A DNA stretch of 64,000 nt. Origin: an uncultured Acidimicrobiia bacterium. Lineage in GTDB: Bacteria > Acidobacteriota > Terriglobia > Versatilivoradales > Versatilivoraceae. The notes below the pieces were generated by a model. That model did not search any database. It was not told where the DNA came from and saw only the letters and a list, made by a program, of their open reading frames with translations. A program made the translations under genes and the position numbers. The DNA lies in NCBI GenBank assembly GCA_963786955.1, contig CAWBAT010000006.1:416001-480000 (forward strand). Reading direction: 5' to 3'. Positions 12,315 to 23,529 of this stretch are shown here, one piece after another (within the stretch, counting starts at the first letter, position 1; every line of letters begins with the position of its first letter).

Positions 12315-12535
12315 CTAAATAGTGGGTTGTTTTATCTTTGGGCCGTACTTCTTGTTGAAACGCTCAACACGACCCGCAGTGTCGATCAATTTTTGTTTGC
12401 CTGTAAAGAAAGGATGGCACTTGGAGCAGATTTCCAGACGGATGTCCGTGCCTTTTGCCGAGCGAGTTTTAAAATTTCTCCACAAGCACAAGATACGGTC
12501 ACTTCTACATATTTTGGATGGATGGTTGCTTTCAT
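12315..12535 (-). CDS. rpmE: 50S ribosomal protein L31 (Zn-binding type), one indel
   Basis: [19 protein letters not shown].. then [30 protein letters not shown]. Confidence 0.93.
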
Positions 12536-12586
12536 TAGCCTTAACCTCTAGGAGTAATCCCGCTTGAAATACTTCAAAACCTTGCA

Positions 12587-12615
12587 ATTATATGATCAGT
12601 CGATCATACTGGCAA
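12587..12615 (-). promoter_or_regulatory. Sigma70-type promoter of the rpmE operon
   Basis: Minus strand TTGCCA-17 nt-TATAAT. Confidence 0.7.
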
Positions 12616-12634
12616 GGACAAAGTAGAGCCAGCA

Positions 12635-12801
12635 GTAATGAGTTAGTTATGGGGGAAATCTGCAAGGGCAAGGCATTCGGTGACGATTTGAGATTGTCGC
12701 TTCTGTAGCGGCTGAGTGGGTAGAGACGGACCGCCGGGCCGTCCGCGGCGCGCTCGGCGAGCGCGCCCTACCAGAAATTCCCCCGATAACTAACGCATAA
12801 C
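12635..12801. mobile_element. MITE copy 1 (~167 bp) containing a GTAG REP doublet
   Basis: TIRs GTAATGAGTTAGTTATGGGGGAAAT / AATTCCCCCGATAACTAACGCATAAC; flanks AGCCAGCA / AGACAGCA (8-bp TSD with 1 mismatch); near-identical to 27189-27357. Confidence 0.85.
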
Positions 12802-13103
12802 AGACAGCAGCTCGCTCAGAATAAGGCTAGCAAATTAAATTAGTTATTGAGAATCTCCACGAATCCTTGGACACCCTTTTCCCCTGAAGTTAGAGCCTCG
12901 AAGAACAAGGGCTGATGGTGTGGGGGCGGGAGATCGCATGAAGAGCTGACCGCTGTACTGAAAACTCATAGGGATTGTAATCTCCCATAGAATATAATGA
13001 TTTCCGGCAAATTTCCGATTTAAAAAGTACTCGGCACCTCCTCTTCGGCGTTGCGCTGCAGGAGAACGGCAGAGAGTCTATACTCACAAAGATAATCGCT
13101 CCT

Positions 13104-14006
13104 ATGAACAAACGACAATCAACTCTTTTAGCTTGGGCCATCGCAGGCGGAGGAGTGTTTGTCCTGTTTGTTGTCACTCTGTTCGCGCTTGTGCTTTATA
13201 CCGTGCGCGATGATGGTGACGCGTTCAGTTTTGGAGACAACAAGATTGGGGTCGTGGAACTCAGTGGTGTTATTCTGGAATCTAGAAGCTTGATTGAGCA
13301 ATTGCAGCGATTTGCTGAAAATTCTTCAATTCGAGCCATCATCCTGCGGATTGACAGTCCCGGCGGTGGAGTTGCGGCATCTCAAGAGATATTCAATGAG
13401 GTTCTTCGGTTGCGAAAGGTGAAGAAGAAAATCATCGTTTCTTCGATGGCATCTGTTGGAGCTTCCGGTGCTTATTACATTGCCTGCGGGACAGACAAAA
13501 TCATCGCGAACCCTGGGACCGTGACCGGAAGCATTGGCGTCATTGCCGAGTGGATCAATTACGGTGAGCTCATGAAGTGGGCCAAGCTGAAGAGTATTGT
13601 CTTTAAAAGTGGAGAACTTAAGGATGCCCCTTCTCCCGTTCGGGAGCTTACCTTGACAGAAAAAAAATATTTGCAAAATATCATTGATGATATGTACATT
13701 CAATTCGTTACAGCGGTTGCCGAAGGCAGAAGATTAGATGTCGAGCAGGTGCGTGGGCTGGCCGACGGGCGCGTTTTTACGGGCAAAGATGCGAAGGCTA
13801 AGAATTTGATTGATGAACTGGGCGGTCTAGAGGAAGCGGTCGAAATCACCTCTAAGTTGGCCCAGATCAGTGGGGAACCCAAGCTTGTCTATCCTTCGAA
13901 ACCCAAAAAGGGATTGCTCGGCCTCTTGTTTGACGATGCGTCGGGGGTTCTCCCGTTGAATTCGGCTCTCGACAGCCGAATTCAGTTTTCTTATGTTTGG
14001 AAGTAA
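13104..14006 (+). CDS. sppA: Signal peptide peptidase SppA (36K type)
   Basis: LRIDSPGGGV, GASGAYYIA, TGSIGVI, KSGELKD, ADGRVFTG. Confidence 0.95.
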   Translation: MNKRQSTLLAWAIAGGGVFVLFVVTLFALVLYTVRDDGDAFSFGDNKIGVVELSGVILESRSLIEQLQRFAENSSIRAIILRIDSPGGGVAASQEIFNEVLRLRKVKKKIIVSSMASVGASGAYYIACGTDKIIANPGTVTGSIGVIAEWINYGELMKWAKLKSIVFKSGELKDAPSPVRELTLTEKKYLQNIIDDMYIQFVTAVAEGRRLDVEQVRGLADGRVFTGKDAKAKNLIDELGGLEEAVEITSKLAQISGEPKLVYPSKPKKGLLGLLFDDASGVLPLNSALDSRIQFSYVWK

Positions 14007-14113
14007 AGCTTCGCCGTCTGGAAAAAAGAGCTGGGACTATTCTCAAACTCAAACATTTTTGAAATGCAGGATCCCGGGTTTTCTGATTTCTGAAAACGAT
14101 TCAAGGAGAAAAT

Positions 14114-14395
14114 ATGACCAAGGCAGACCTGATTGATGAAGTCTCAAAGGTGACTGAACTGAGTCGCAAAGACTCGGAAGTGATTGTCGAAACGCTCTTC
14201 GACAGTATAATCAAGGCGCTGCGAAATGGCGACAAACTGGAAGTTCGCGGCTTTGGGAGTTTCAGGATTCGCGAGCGGAAAGCCCGACAGGGACGGAATC
14301 CGAAAACGGGGGAGAAAGTCAGCGTTCCTGAGAAGAAAGTCCCTTACTTCAAACCCAGTAAAGAACTGAAGGACCTCATTAATAGCGTCAGCTAG
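14114..14395 (+). CDS. HU/IHF family DNA-binding protein (IHF-beta-like)
   Basis: MTKADLID..., VRGFGSF, GRNPKTGE, PYFKPSKELK. Confidence 0.93.
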   Translation: MTKADLIDEVSKVTELSRKDSEVIVETLFDSIIKALRNGDKLEVRGFGSFRIRERKARQGRNPKTGEKVSVPEKKVPYFKPSKELKDLINSVS

Positions 14396-14396
14396 C

Positions 14397-14883
14397 ATGG
14401 ACTATTTATGGACTCCCTGGAGATACCAGTATATCGCGAACATTAAGAACTTCGATCGCTGTGTCTTTTGTCTCGGTCATGCAGGGGAAGATGACGAAAG
14501 AGACTTTGTTCTCTATCGAGGGGAATTTAATTTCGTCATTTTAAATATTTATCCTTACACGAGCGGGCATCTTCTGGTTGCTCCTTATAGACATGTGGCC
14601 GACATTTCTCATTGTGCAGCCGAAGTGTGCTCGGAAATGATGAACCTGGCAAAATTGTGCAAACGTGCCATTCAAGAGGTCTATCAACCCAACGGCTTTA
14701 ACATAGGTATGAATTTGGGAAATGTGCTGGTGCGGGAGTTGAACATCATTTGCACCTGCACATTGTTCCCCGCTGGATTGCCGATGCGAACTTCATGACG
14801 ATCACCGGTGAAACACGCAGTCTTACCCGACACGATGGAAGGCACCTTCCTGAAATTGAGAGCCCTACTTCCCCACGATTTAA
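14397..14883 (+). CDS. HIT family hydrolase (Ap4A phosphorylase-like), frameshifted; 3' end approximate
   Basis: [38 protein letters not shown]; [15 protein letters not shown] in the shifted frame. Confidence 0.88.
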
Positions 14884-15205
14884 AACTCTCCGCTTTGGCA
14901 ATTACCCATCCGACAATTGAATGATCGGATTCTTATCCCTAAGATTACCCTCGATTGACCTCAACTAAAGATTCTTTCAAATAAACCGATCTATATGAAC
15001 TTAGGGACTGCCATACCAGGAGATTGGTACGCCAAAGCTGATCTCAGGGACTGTCCTTCGGAGATTTTCCTGAAGCCCTTCCTGAAGGACATGGAATTGT
15101 TCTAGTCATTACTATTTTGTACTTCTTTGTTGATTGCAATTTTCAAAAGTTGCAAGTTTTCGTTCGGATTAAGCACATTTTTGTAACACACCAGTTAAAT
15201 TTTCC

Positions 15206-16334
15206 ATGTTTTATACGGTTCCGGAAAAAGATTTCGGGTTAAAGATCCTACAACAGCCTCCGTTGCGGCATTTTGTCCATTGATCGGGAGAACAACATCA
15301 CTGCCGATCAACGAAATTGCTATTCGGATACTAGAACTTGAGAATCGGGATTATGTTGGAGCAAGATGTTCGTGAGGTACTGAAGAATCAGACAGTTTTT
15401 TCTGCAATTACTCAGTGGCGCCTATCAGATGAAGAATCTTCCGAGCCGTGCAGAGATGGAGATCCGTTTAAGCGAAGGAGCCAGTCGGACCGTAGGGTAT
15501 ACAATTTCATTTATTAAGGGTGAGGACGGCGATATTGGCGGAATTTCTTTGTTTTTCAAAGATTTAACATTAGTCGAACAGCTGAATGAGCAAGAGAAAC
15601 TAAAAGACCGTCTTGCGGCACTTGGTCAAATGGCCGCTGGACTCGCACATGAAATCCGAAATCCTCTTGCCGCCATCGAACTCACCGCAAGTCTGATCAA
15701 ACGAGAGATTGAGCGGCCACTCGAACCACACAACCCAATTCGAATCAATCCAATCTGAGGTCAGAAAGCTCAATAAGATTGTGACAGATTGCCTGGAGTT
15801 TGTTCGACCAGTCAAGATCAGCCAGGAAAAAGTCAATTTGGTGTCTTTGTTGGACGAAAGCATCCTCATTGCATTGTCAACAATCGATAAAAAGGAAATT
15901 GGATTGCAGAAGAACTTCCTGCCCACTCCTCCGGTCTCTGTTGATTATAACCAGATGAAACAGGTAGTCGTCAATATCCTGGTCAATGCCTTGCAAGTCG
16001 TTAAAGGATCATGGAAGCATTGAGATATCCTGTGGCCCGTCTTCATGCTTTCAGAGAAATGCCGCTTATGGAAATGGAAAATTTTCCGATATGAATTTAG
16101 GAAGGCAACTCAGCATGTCCTCATACGCTTGGATAAAAGTGGCCGACAATGGTCTAGGGAATTCCCGAAGATGTTTTGAGTAAGATTTTCTATCCATTTT
16201 TCACTACCAAGGAAAAAGGATCCGGGATTGGCTTGGCAATTGCGCAGAAGATTGTCGAAAGCCACCATGGGAGTATCGATGTTGAAAGTAAACCTGGCGT
16301 AGGGACAACGTTTACTCTAAAGCTCCCATTGTAG
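15206..16334 (+). CDS. PAS-domain sensor histidine kinase (NtrB/AtoS-like), multiple indels
   Basis: PAS-like [13 protein letters not shown]-box [16 protein letters not shown]-box [13 protein letters not shown]-boxes VADNG.G and [16 protein letters not shown]. Confidence 0.88.
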
Positions 16335-16397
16335 TCAAGGGAGTGAACAAGTGAGTTCTTACAGAAATCAAACGGATTCCGATAAAGTAATTGACAC

Positions 16398-17783
16398 ATG
16401 GGGAAAATCTTAGTCGTTGAAGACAACGATGTGCTCCGGGCAAGCGTGATGCAAGCCCTGCAGGAGAATAGTCATATCGTGTGTGAAGTCCGCGATGGTG
16501 AGGAGGCCATGGAGCGCCTTCAGGAAGAAAGCTACGACGTAGTCCTCACCGATATGAGGATGCCCAAGAAAAGCGGGATGGAAGTCCTTAAGTTTGCTAA
16601 GAACATCAACGATCTGACGGTTGTGATCGTCATGACGGCCTTTGGAACAATCGAAAGTGCTGTAGAGGCGATGAAGAACGGCGCTTATGATTATATTCAG
16701 AAACCTTTCGAACTGGAGGAATTGGAAGTCAAGATAACTCGCGCCCTGGATCACCGTCGAGATAGCACGGTCCTGCAAATTCTAAGAAGCCAATCGGGAG
16801 TTTCCCTTGAGCACAACAATATCGTCGGCCACAGCATCCAAATCAAAAAGATTCTGGACATCGTCAGGAAGATTGCAAAAAGCAATGCATCCGTTCTCAT
16901 TACAGGCGAAACGGGGACAGGAAAAGAACTCATTGCGGCTTTGATTCATTACAACAGTCCTCGATCGAAACAGAGCTTTGTGAAGGTCAATTGTGCCGCG
17001 CTGCAGGAAAATTTGCTTGAAAGCGAATTGTTTGGGCATGAAAAGGGGGCATTTACAGGAGCGGAACGCCAACGGATCGGGCGCTTCGAACAGGCTAGCG
17101 GAGGAACTCTTTTCCTCGACGAAATTGGTGACATGAGCCCCAGCACCCAAGCCAAGGTCCTCCGCGTTCTCCAAGAACAGGAATTTGAGAGACTGGGCGG
17201 GATGAAGACCATCAAGGTCGACGTGAGAATTATCGCGGCCACAAACAAGAACATTCACGAGGCCATCGCCAAAGGGCATTTTCGCGAAGATTTGTTCTAT
17301 CGTCTGAACACCGTATCGATCGAAACGCCAGCCCTTCGAGAACGCAAAGAGGATATCCTCCCCCTCGCCAATTTCTTCGCCAAGAAGTACAACGAAGAGC
17401 TGAAAAAAAATGTATCCGGATTTACGCCACCGGCTGTGAAGTACCTGACTCGCCACAATTGGCCGGGAAATATCCGTGAGCTTCAAAACGCCATAGAACG
17501 AGCTGTTTTGATGGCTGAGGCAAATCTGATCGGTATTGAAGATCTCACACTCAATACTAATCATGCCGACCCTTCCTCAACCGAGGCTCTTGGGATTAAG
17601 ATCCCTCCCACGGGAATCCGCTTGGATGATCTCGAACGCAGCACAATCATCGAGGCACTAAAAATGACTAACTGGGTCCAAAAAGATGCCGCAGAACTGC
17701 TTGGCGTCAGCCGGCGGGTCCTGAACTATAAGGTGAAGATTCACAACATCACCCACGATCGTTGGCGTCGCCGGGTCAGCTAA
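16398..17783 (+). CDS. Sigma54-dependent response regulator (NtrC/AtoC family)
   Basis: Receiver domain (LTDMRMP), GETGTGKE, ESELFGHEKGAFTGA, WPGNIREL, C-terminal Fis-type HTH. Confidence 0.96.
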   Translation: MGKILVVEDNDVLRASVMQALQENSHIVCEVRDGEEAMERLQEESYDVVLTDMRMPKKSGMEVLKFAKNINDLTVVIVMTAFGTIESAVEAMKNGAYDYIQKPFELEELEVKITRALDHRRDSTVLQILRSQSGVSLEHNNIVGHSIQIKKILDIVRKIAKSNASVLITGETGTGKELIAALIHYNSPRSKQSFVKVNCAALQENLLESELFGHEKGAFTGAERQRIGRFEQASGGTLFLDEIGDMSPSTQAKVLRVLQEQEFERLGGMKTIKVDVRIIAATNKNIHEAIAKGHFREDLFYRLNTVSIETPALRERKEDILPLANFFAKKYNEELKKNVSGFTPPAVKYLTRHNWPGNIRELQNAIERAVLMAEANLIGIEDLTLNTNHADPSSTEALGIKIPPTGIRLDDLERSTIIEALKMTNWVQKDAAELLGVSRRVLNYKVKIHNITHDRWRRRVS

Positions 17784-18026
17784 CCTAGGACGCTTCCAGT
17801 CACCGCAGTCCGATAGTCCCAATCACTAAACTCCGGCAAACGGTTGAATTCCCGAGATCAGCAGGCAGGTTCTTCCGATCGCAAGTCTCCACCGATACCG
17901 TCCCCCACCCGTCGCTCTTTCACTCCCAAGTTGTCGAGAGCACTCAATTATGTCACGATTCTCATAGCTTAAGAGAGGTCCACCTAAAACATCCCACGGA
18001 ATCTAATTGCGAACTCTCGGCTCCAC

Positions 18027-19222
18027 ATGATTGCTGGAAATCAGCGAAAACTGTCGACTATTCTTGCCTTGAACTTCAACCTTCTCATTCTGCTCTCAGC
18101 CCTTGTGACCATGGGCTTTGCAGAAGAACTCTGGGTCCGTTTTTTCCCCAAGTACCTCGCCAGCATGGGCGCAGCCCTCTGGGCCATCGGCTTTTTTGAT
18201 GCCATAAAAACATCCATGGGTGCACTTTATGCTTACCCCGGGGGAATCGTTTCTGACCACTATGGAGATCGCAAGGCACTGCAAATATTCACTTTCGTTA
18301 CCCTGCTGGGCTATGGCTTGATCGTTTTTGGCACCAGCTGAACCACACTGATTGTATCTTCATTTTTTTTCCTTGCATGGAGCGGATTCTCCCTCCCGGT
18401 TATGTTTTCCATGGTGGGGCGAAGTCTCGTAGAAAACCAGCATGCCCGTGGTCTGGCTCTTCAAGCAACTTTAAAGCGTGTTCCAGTGATTCTGGGACCG
18501 CTTATTGGGGGAATCTTAATCGATCACTATGGCCTTCACGGGGGAATTAGAATCGGCGCCATGGTCGCGCTGATGTTGGGGGTCTTCACGCTTGGAGCGG
18601 AGCAAAAACTCCCCCAATCTCCGGCAGTCCATCCCGGTGAAACCATCCTGACACGGTTCTGTCCCATGAAATCGTTTCATCCGACACTCCGCCAGCTTTT
18701 GTATTCCGATATTCTGGTTCGCTTTTGTGAACGAATCCCTTATGCCTGGATTGTGATCTACTGCATGGATGACGTCCATGTGACGGCAACCCAATTCGGG
18801 TTGTTGACCGCAGTTGAAACGCTCGTTTCCATGCTTTGCCTTTTTCCAACCGCCTATTTATCTGATCAATACGGGCGCGAACCTTTTGTTGTAGCAACCT
18901 TCATTCTCTTTACCCTCTTCCCTCTCTCGATGCTGTACTCGCACAACTTCACGATGCTCGTGTTTGCATTTATCATTCGGGGGATTAAAGGAATTTGGCG
19001 ATTCGGCTAGAAAGTCGCAAATCATTAAATATTCTACTAAAGAAGACGCGGGGACAAACCGTGGGCGCTTACTACCTCATTCGGGACTCCGTGGTGACCG
19101 TGGGTTCATTCCTGGGTGCTTACTTATGGAAGATTAGCCCCGAAGCAAATTTCCTGGGCGCAGTCATAGCCGGGACTGGCGGGACTCTCTACTATGTTTG
19201 GTCATTGAAAAAGGCGTCATAA
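18027..19222 (+). CDS. MFS transporter, interrupted by an in-frame TGA (18339) and an indel near 18990
   Basis: GGIVSDHYGDRK and YLSDQYGRE loop motifs; the ORFs at 18027 and 18402 are in the same frame. Confidence 0.82.
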
Positions 19223-19371
19223 TCAAATAAGATCCAGGTTTGGTCGACAAGCAATCATGTCTGTGCGTTCCAACCCGAAGCGACACTCAATGGTCTTAAC
19301 CTTGCCCACAACAGCAAAGGGGCAAGGGTAATGTCAGAGATTTCTCTCTCGAGGGTGTTCATTCTTCCGTA

Positions 19372-20634
19372 ATGCCTAAAGAAACCATTTTCCAGCCGGA
19401 TGTCCAGGAGCAGATCAATGCGATGGGTGACACAGAGATCGTTGTGGGTCTCTGCACGCACAACCATTCTCGTACTGTGGGGCCTGTGTTGCATGCCATT
19501 CAGTCCGGTCTAGAGCACTACTATCCTGGAATAAAATTCCTGGTGGTTGTCTCAGATGGTGGCTCGACCGATGAGACCCTATCATCGGTCGTTGAGGCTA
19601 TTCCCGGTGAGAGGCTAATTCTCTTTTCGCACCCATTGCATCCGGCCTATCGAATCAACGTGCCTTACCATGGTCTACCCGGTAAAGCACATTGCCTGAG
19701 TGCGATTCTAGAGATAACCAAAGCTTTGGGTGCCGGAGCCTGCCTTCTGATCGACCCTGACGCCCAAACAGTCATCCCCGAATGGTTGAAACTAATGGTG
19801 GACCCAATATTCGAAGAAGGATTTGACTTTGTGGCCCCTTCCTACCAGCGTCATAAGTACGACGGGACTTTGACAAATAGCGTGATCTACCCTCTGACCC
19901 GTTCCCTGTATGGACAACGCATCCGTCAACCGATTGGATCGGACGTGGCATTTTCTCAGAGGATGGCTGTGGACTTCTTGAAGAAGGACCTTTGGCACAC
20001 TCAGTTGGTGTCCAATTGCCCGAGCCTTTGGATGACGACCGTCGCCATCGCAGAAGGATTTAAGGTTTGTCAATCCCTCCTGGGCCCAAAAACTCAAATA
20101 CCTAGACCGTACGGGGCCGACTTGAGTCATCTGCTGGCTCAAGTCCTGGGGGGTGTTTTTGACTTGATGGAGTCGTATCACACCGTGTGGAGTGAGATCA
20201 GAGGTTCAGAACCCTCTCCTGTTTTCGGGCTCCCCAAGGACTGTGGAGTTGAACCTGTTACCGTGAACACCGACCGAATGATTCAGGCATTTGATCAAGG
20301 GGTTGCGGATCTTTCAGGAATCTGGGAAGAGTTCTTATCTCAGGACCTGGTGAAAAGCCTTAAGAACCTGGCCTCCTTGCCTCTGGCGGATTTCCGTTTT
20401 CAAGATGAGATATGGGTAAGAACCGTTTTCGAGTTTGCGGCAGGTTATCATAATAGCCGCATGGATCGCACTCACCTCATCAAATCAATGACACCCCTTT
20501 ATCTGGGACGGACAGCCTCCTTCGTCATGGAAACTTCCCACTGTTCGGCAGCTGACGTAGAAAACCAGATTGAGTTATTGTGTCTGGAGTTTGAGAATTC
20601 GAAACCCTATCTTGTCGAGTGCTGGGGAAAATAA
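19372..20634 (+). CDS. GT2-family glycosyltransferase, glucosylglycerate/mannosylglycerate synthase-like
   Basis: VSDGGSTDET, YHGLPGK, DPD, PSYQRHKYDGTLTNSVIYPLTRSLYG.RIRQPIG, C-terminal PLYLGRTASFV. Confidence 0.8.
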   Translation: MPKETIFQPDVQEQINAMGDTEIVVGLCTHNHSRTVGPVLHAIQSGLEHYYPGIKFLVVVSDGGSTDETLSSVVEAIPGERLILFSHPLHPAYRINVPYHGLPGKAHCLSAILEITKALGAGACLLIDPDAQTVIPEWLKLMVDPIFEEGFDFVAPSYQRHKYDGTLTNSVIYPLTRSLYGQRIRQPIGSDVAFSQRMAVDFLKKDLWHTQLVSNCPSLWMTTVAIAEGFKVCQSLLGPKTQIPRPYGADLSHLLAQVLGGVFDLMESYHTVWSEIRGSEPSPVFGLPKDCGVEPVTVNTDRMIQAFDQGVADLSGIWEEFLSQDLVKSLKNLASLPLADFRFQDEIWVRTVFEFAAGYHNSRMDRTHLIKSMTPLYLGRTASFVMETSHCSAADVENQIELLCLEFENSKPYLVECWGK

Positions 20635-20662
20635 TTGAGCGATTGCATCAGGAGGCCTGCAG

Positions 20663-21373
20663 ATGCGTGATTTCATCGAAAAGACATTCTTACTTCCGTT
20701 GCAAAACCTCTTCGACCGCCTGGTGTCACTTCTTCCTAGGTTGTTCGGGATGATTGTCCTCATTGCGCTCGGGCTTTTTCTGGGCTGGTTGGTATACAAA
20801 ACTGTGCGAAAGGCTTTACAAGCCATCAATTTCGACAAGTTTTGTCTTCAGATCGGTTTGTCTCAAGTGCTCGAAAAGGGAAATATTCGAAGATCCGTGT
20901 CAGAATTAGTCTCCGTTGGCATTTATTGGCTGATTGTCCTGAGCTTTTTTGTGATCGGCTTGCGCACTCTTGATGAGTCTTTGATGGCGGGCGTCTTCTC
21001 GCGTTTTTTTTCCTTTTTGCCCAACCTGATCGTCGCCTTGTTGATTCTTGTCTTAGGCTTTTTCTTCAGTAAGTTTATTGGACGAAGTATCTTGATCGGG
21101 GCCGTGAATGCCCGGATCCGCTCGGCCAGGCTACTTAGCATTAGCGTGGAACTGTTGATCTTGATCTTCACCCTGTCTTTGTCTCTGGAAGAATTGGAAA
21201 TCGGAAAATCCACCATCGTGGCTGCCTTTTCAATCCTTTTTGGAGGGATCGTCTTAGGATTGGCAATCGCATTTGGATTCGGCGGTCGCCGCCTGGCCCA
21301 GAATTTCCTGGAGAAGCGACTGGGGGTGAAAGAAGAACAGGAAGCAACCGAAAAACATCCTTCACACCTTTAA
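20663..21373 (+). CDS. TM-helix-repeat membrane protein (CmpX / small mechanosensitive channel-like)
   Basis: Repeated LP(R/N)L...L.L..G helices, AFSILFGGIVLGLAIAFGFGG. Confidence 0.8.
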   Translation: MRDFIEKTFLLPLQNLFDRLVSLLPRLFGMIVLIALGLFLGWLVYKTVRKALQAINFDKFCLQIGLSQVLEKGNIRRSVSELVSVGIYWLIVLSFFVIGLRTLDESLMAGVFSRFFSFLPNLIVALLILVLGFFFSKFIGRSILIGAVNARIRSARLLSISVELLILIFTLSLSLEELEIGKSTIVAAFSILFGGIVLGLAIAFGFGGRRLAQNFLEKRLGVKEEQEATEKHPSHL

Positions 21374-21376
21374 CTC

Positions 21377-22532
21377 ATGAAACGCGCCCTGAGAATCCTG
21401 GTGGCTCCCAATGCTTTTAAAGAGAGCCTTACTGCAGCCGAGGCAGCACACTGCATTTCCGCTGGAATCCGACGCGGCTTGCCAAATGCCCGGATTGTCG
21501 AACTTCCCATTGCAGATGGCGGGGACGGGACTCTAGAAGTCGTCATCAATGGCACCGGAGGAAGAATCTGCCGGAGCCAAGTGTTGGATCCTCTGGGGCG
21601 AAAAAGGATCGCAGCCTATGGCATCACGGGGAACGGGAAAACCGCGATTATTGAAATGTCCCGGGCATCCGGCCTGGCCCTGGTACCGCCTTCCCAGAGA
21701 AATCCATGGGTCACAACCAGCTTTGGGACAGGCCAGTTAATCTTAGCCGCGCTTCGACATAAGGTCGAGGAGATTATCCTGGCCATTGGAGGAAGTGCCA
21801 CGGTGGACGGCGGTCTCGGAGCTCTTCAGGCCCTCGGGGCGGATTTCCGAGATCGCCGCGGTCGTGCAGTCTGCTTCGGCGGCCAAGGACTCTTACAGCT
21901 TCAATCCATTCAGCTAGAACGACTCCACCCTGCCTTAAGCCAGACGCGACTGCTGGTTGCTTGTGACGTCGATAATCCTTTGGTGGGTCCTCGTGGGGCC
22001 GCTGCGGTATTTGGCCCCCAAAAAGGAGCTACTCCGCTAATGGTGAAGCGACTCGATCATGGATTGGCACGGCTCGCAAAAAAGATATCCGAATCAAGAA
22101 AAGTCAATATTTCTTCAATTCCCGGCGCGGGAGCAGCGGGAGGAATATCCGGGAGCTTTCTTGGTTTACTGGGCGCTCAACTTCGGCCAGGAAGTGATCT
22201 GATTTTCAGACTTCTCAAGATCGACCAGATGATTCGGCAGGTGGACCTCATCATTACGGGTGAAGGGAGCATCGATTTTCAGACCCCTTCAGGGAAAGGT
22301 CCCGGAATGTTTGGCAAAATGGGCTCAGTCAGCTTAATCTTCCGGTCGTTGCTCTTGCAGGTTCCGTCACAAACGAACGGGGGTTTCTGCATCGGCATGG
22401 ATTCTCGGCCCTGTTCAGCGTCGTTCAGGGACCCTATCGACCTTCCGTCTGCCAAACGGCAAAGTGCTCGCTTACTTCAGGAGAAGGCGGAAGAGGTGGC
22501 CCGACTTAATCCAGGCGACAAGGAGCCTTTAA
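21377..22532 (+). CDS. Glycerate kinase (GlxK/GarK family), 3' indels
   Basis: LVAPNAFKESL, PIADGGDGT, IGGSATVDGG, AVFGPQKGA, GAGAAGG, ITGEGSID.Q. Confidence 0.92.
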
Positions 22533-22535
22533 CCC

Positions 22536-23177
22536 ATGATCAATCTGATCACGATCTCAAGGGAACGAGGCAGCGGTGGGCGTCCCCTTGCTCAACGGCT
22601 GGCTGCAGAACTCGGGCTGAAGTGCTATGGGAAAGAGATCCTCTACGAAATTGCCCAAAGTGCCGGAGTCAGCGAAGAATCTGTCGAAAAATTCGATCAA
22701 GAGCATTACAACAAGTGGCATCTCATGGTGGACTCATTGCGAATGAGCACCCATTTGTCTCCTGACTACGGGCTCGGTTTCAATTTGTCTGCCATCGAAC
22801 CTGAAATATTCTTCACCCAGGATCGATACCTCAAAGCAACTCAGGAGATCCTCAAAAAGCTGGCCAGCCATCCCGGTGTGATCCTTTTGGGAAGAGGCGC
22901 CCAGGTCATTTTCAAAGACCGTACCGACGCGCTTCATATCCGTTTGGTAGCCCCACTGAACATCCGGATCAAAAGGATCCAGGAACTCCTGAAGTTGAGC
23001 GCGAAAGAGGCAGCCAGACACGTGACAGATATAGACAGATCCAGGGCAGCTTACTTAAGGGATTTTTATGGTGTCGATGTGAATGACTCCGTGTATTACC
23101 ACCTCACCATCAACTCAGGTTTGATGGATTATGGTCAAGCACTGGATATGATCAAGCGGGCAATGGAGATTTTGTAA
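22536..23177 (+). CDS. Cytidylate kinase-like family protein
   Basis: ITISRERGSGG, VILLGRGAQVI, DRSRAAY, YHLTINSG. Confidence 0.88.
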   Translation: MINLITISRERGSGGRPLAQRLAAELGLKCYGKEILYEIAQSAGVSEESVEKFDQEHYNKWHLMVDSLRMSTHLSPDYGLGFNLSAIEPEIFFTQDRYLKATQEILKKLASHPGVILLGRGAQVIFKDRTDALHIRLVAPLNIRIKRIQELLKLSAKEAARHVTDIDRSRAAYLRDFYGVDVNDSVYYHLTINSGLMDYGQALDMIKRAMEIL

Positions 23178-23279
23178 TCGCGGATAACCGAATGTGCGTC
23201 AGCGTCACTAGGTCGAGCGGATCGCGTGGGAAGGCGGTCCCACGCGCGTCGCTCCATGAAAGAGCATGCCAAGAGCAAA

Positions 23280-23525
23280 CTAGATCGGCGGTTTCATTCT
23301 CAAAGGGAACTGAAGCCGCATTCGTGAGCACCGAACGAATGGGCTGCTATCGCGGGAATAAGAAACATGAGCCAGCTTAGGGCTATAGCAACCAGCAGGA
23401 AGGAAAAGAATAGATAGATTCCATACCGTAAGTCGTTCTCGGAATGTATCTTTGGAAGTTAAGGAAAAAACAATCGAAACACAGAAGGCAAATACCGTCA
23501 GAGCGACAAAATGGGAGATCTCCAT
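23280..23525 (-). CDS. Small two-TM membrane protein, frameshifted; 3' end uncertain
   Basis: MEISHFVALTVFAFCVSIVFS...; starts 5 nt after the upstream stop. Confidence 0.55.
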   Translation of the reverse strand: MEISHFVALTVFAFCVSIVFSLTSKDTFRERLTVWNLSILFLPAGCYSPKLAHVSYSRDSSPFVRCSRMRLQFPLRMKPPI

Positions 23526-23529
23526 AATT

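Noticed and set aside
15024-15040. Sigma54 promoter TTGGTACGCCAAAGCT
   Set aside because: The GG-to-GC spacing is 9 nt rather than the required 10.
18339-18341. In-frame TGA in the MFS gene as a third selenocysteine
   Set aside because: It falls at a loop/TM boundary where Trp (TGG) is plausible, with no redox motif and no convincing downstream hairpin. More likely a substitution error or nonsense mutation.
21377-22765. 462 aa glycerate kinase with a novel C-terminal extension overlapping the next gene
   Set aside because: An artefact of indels. The corrected frame ends near 22532, just before the ATG at 22536.
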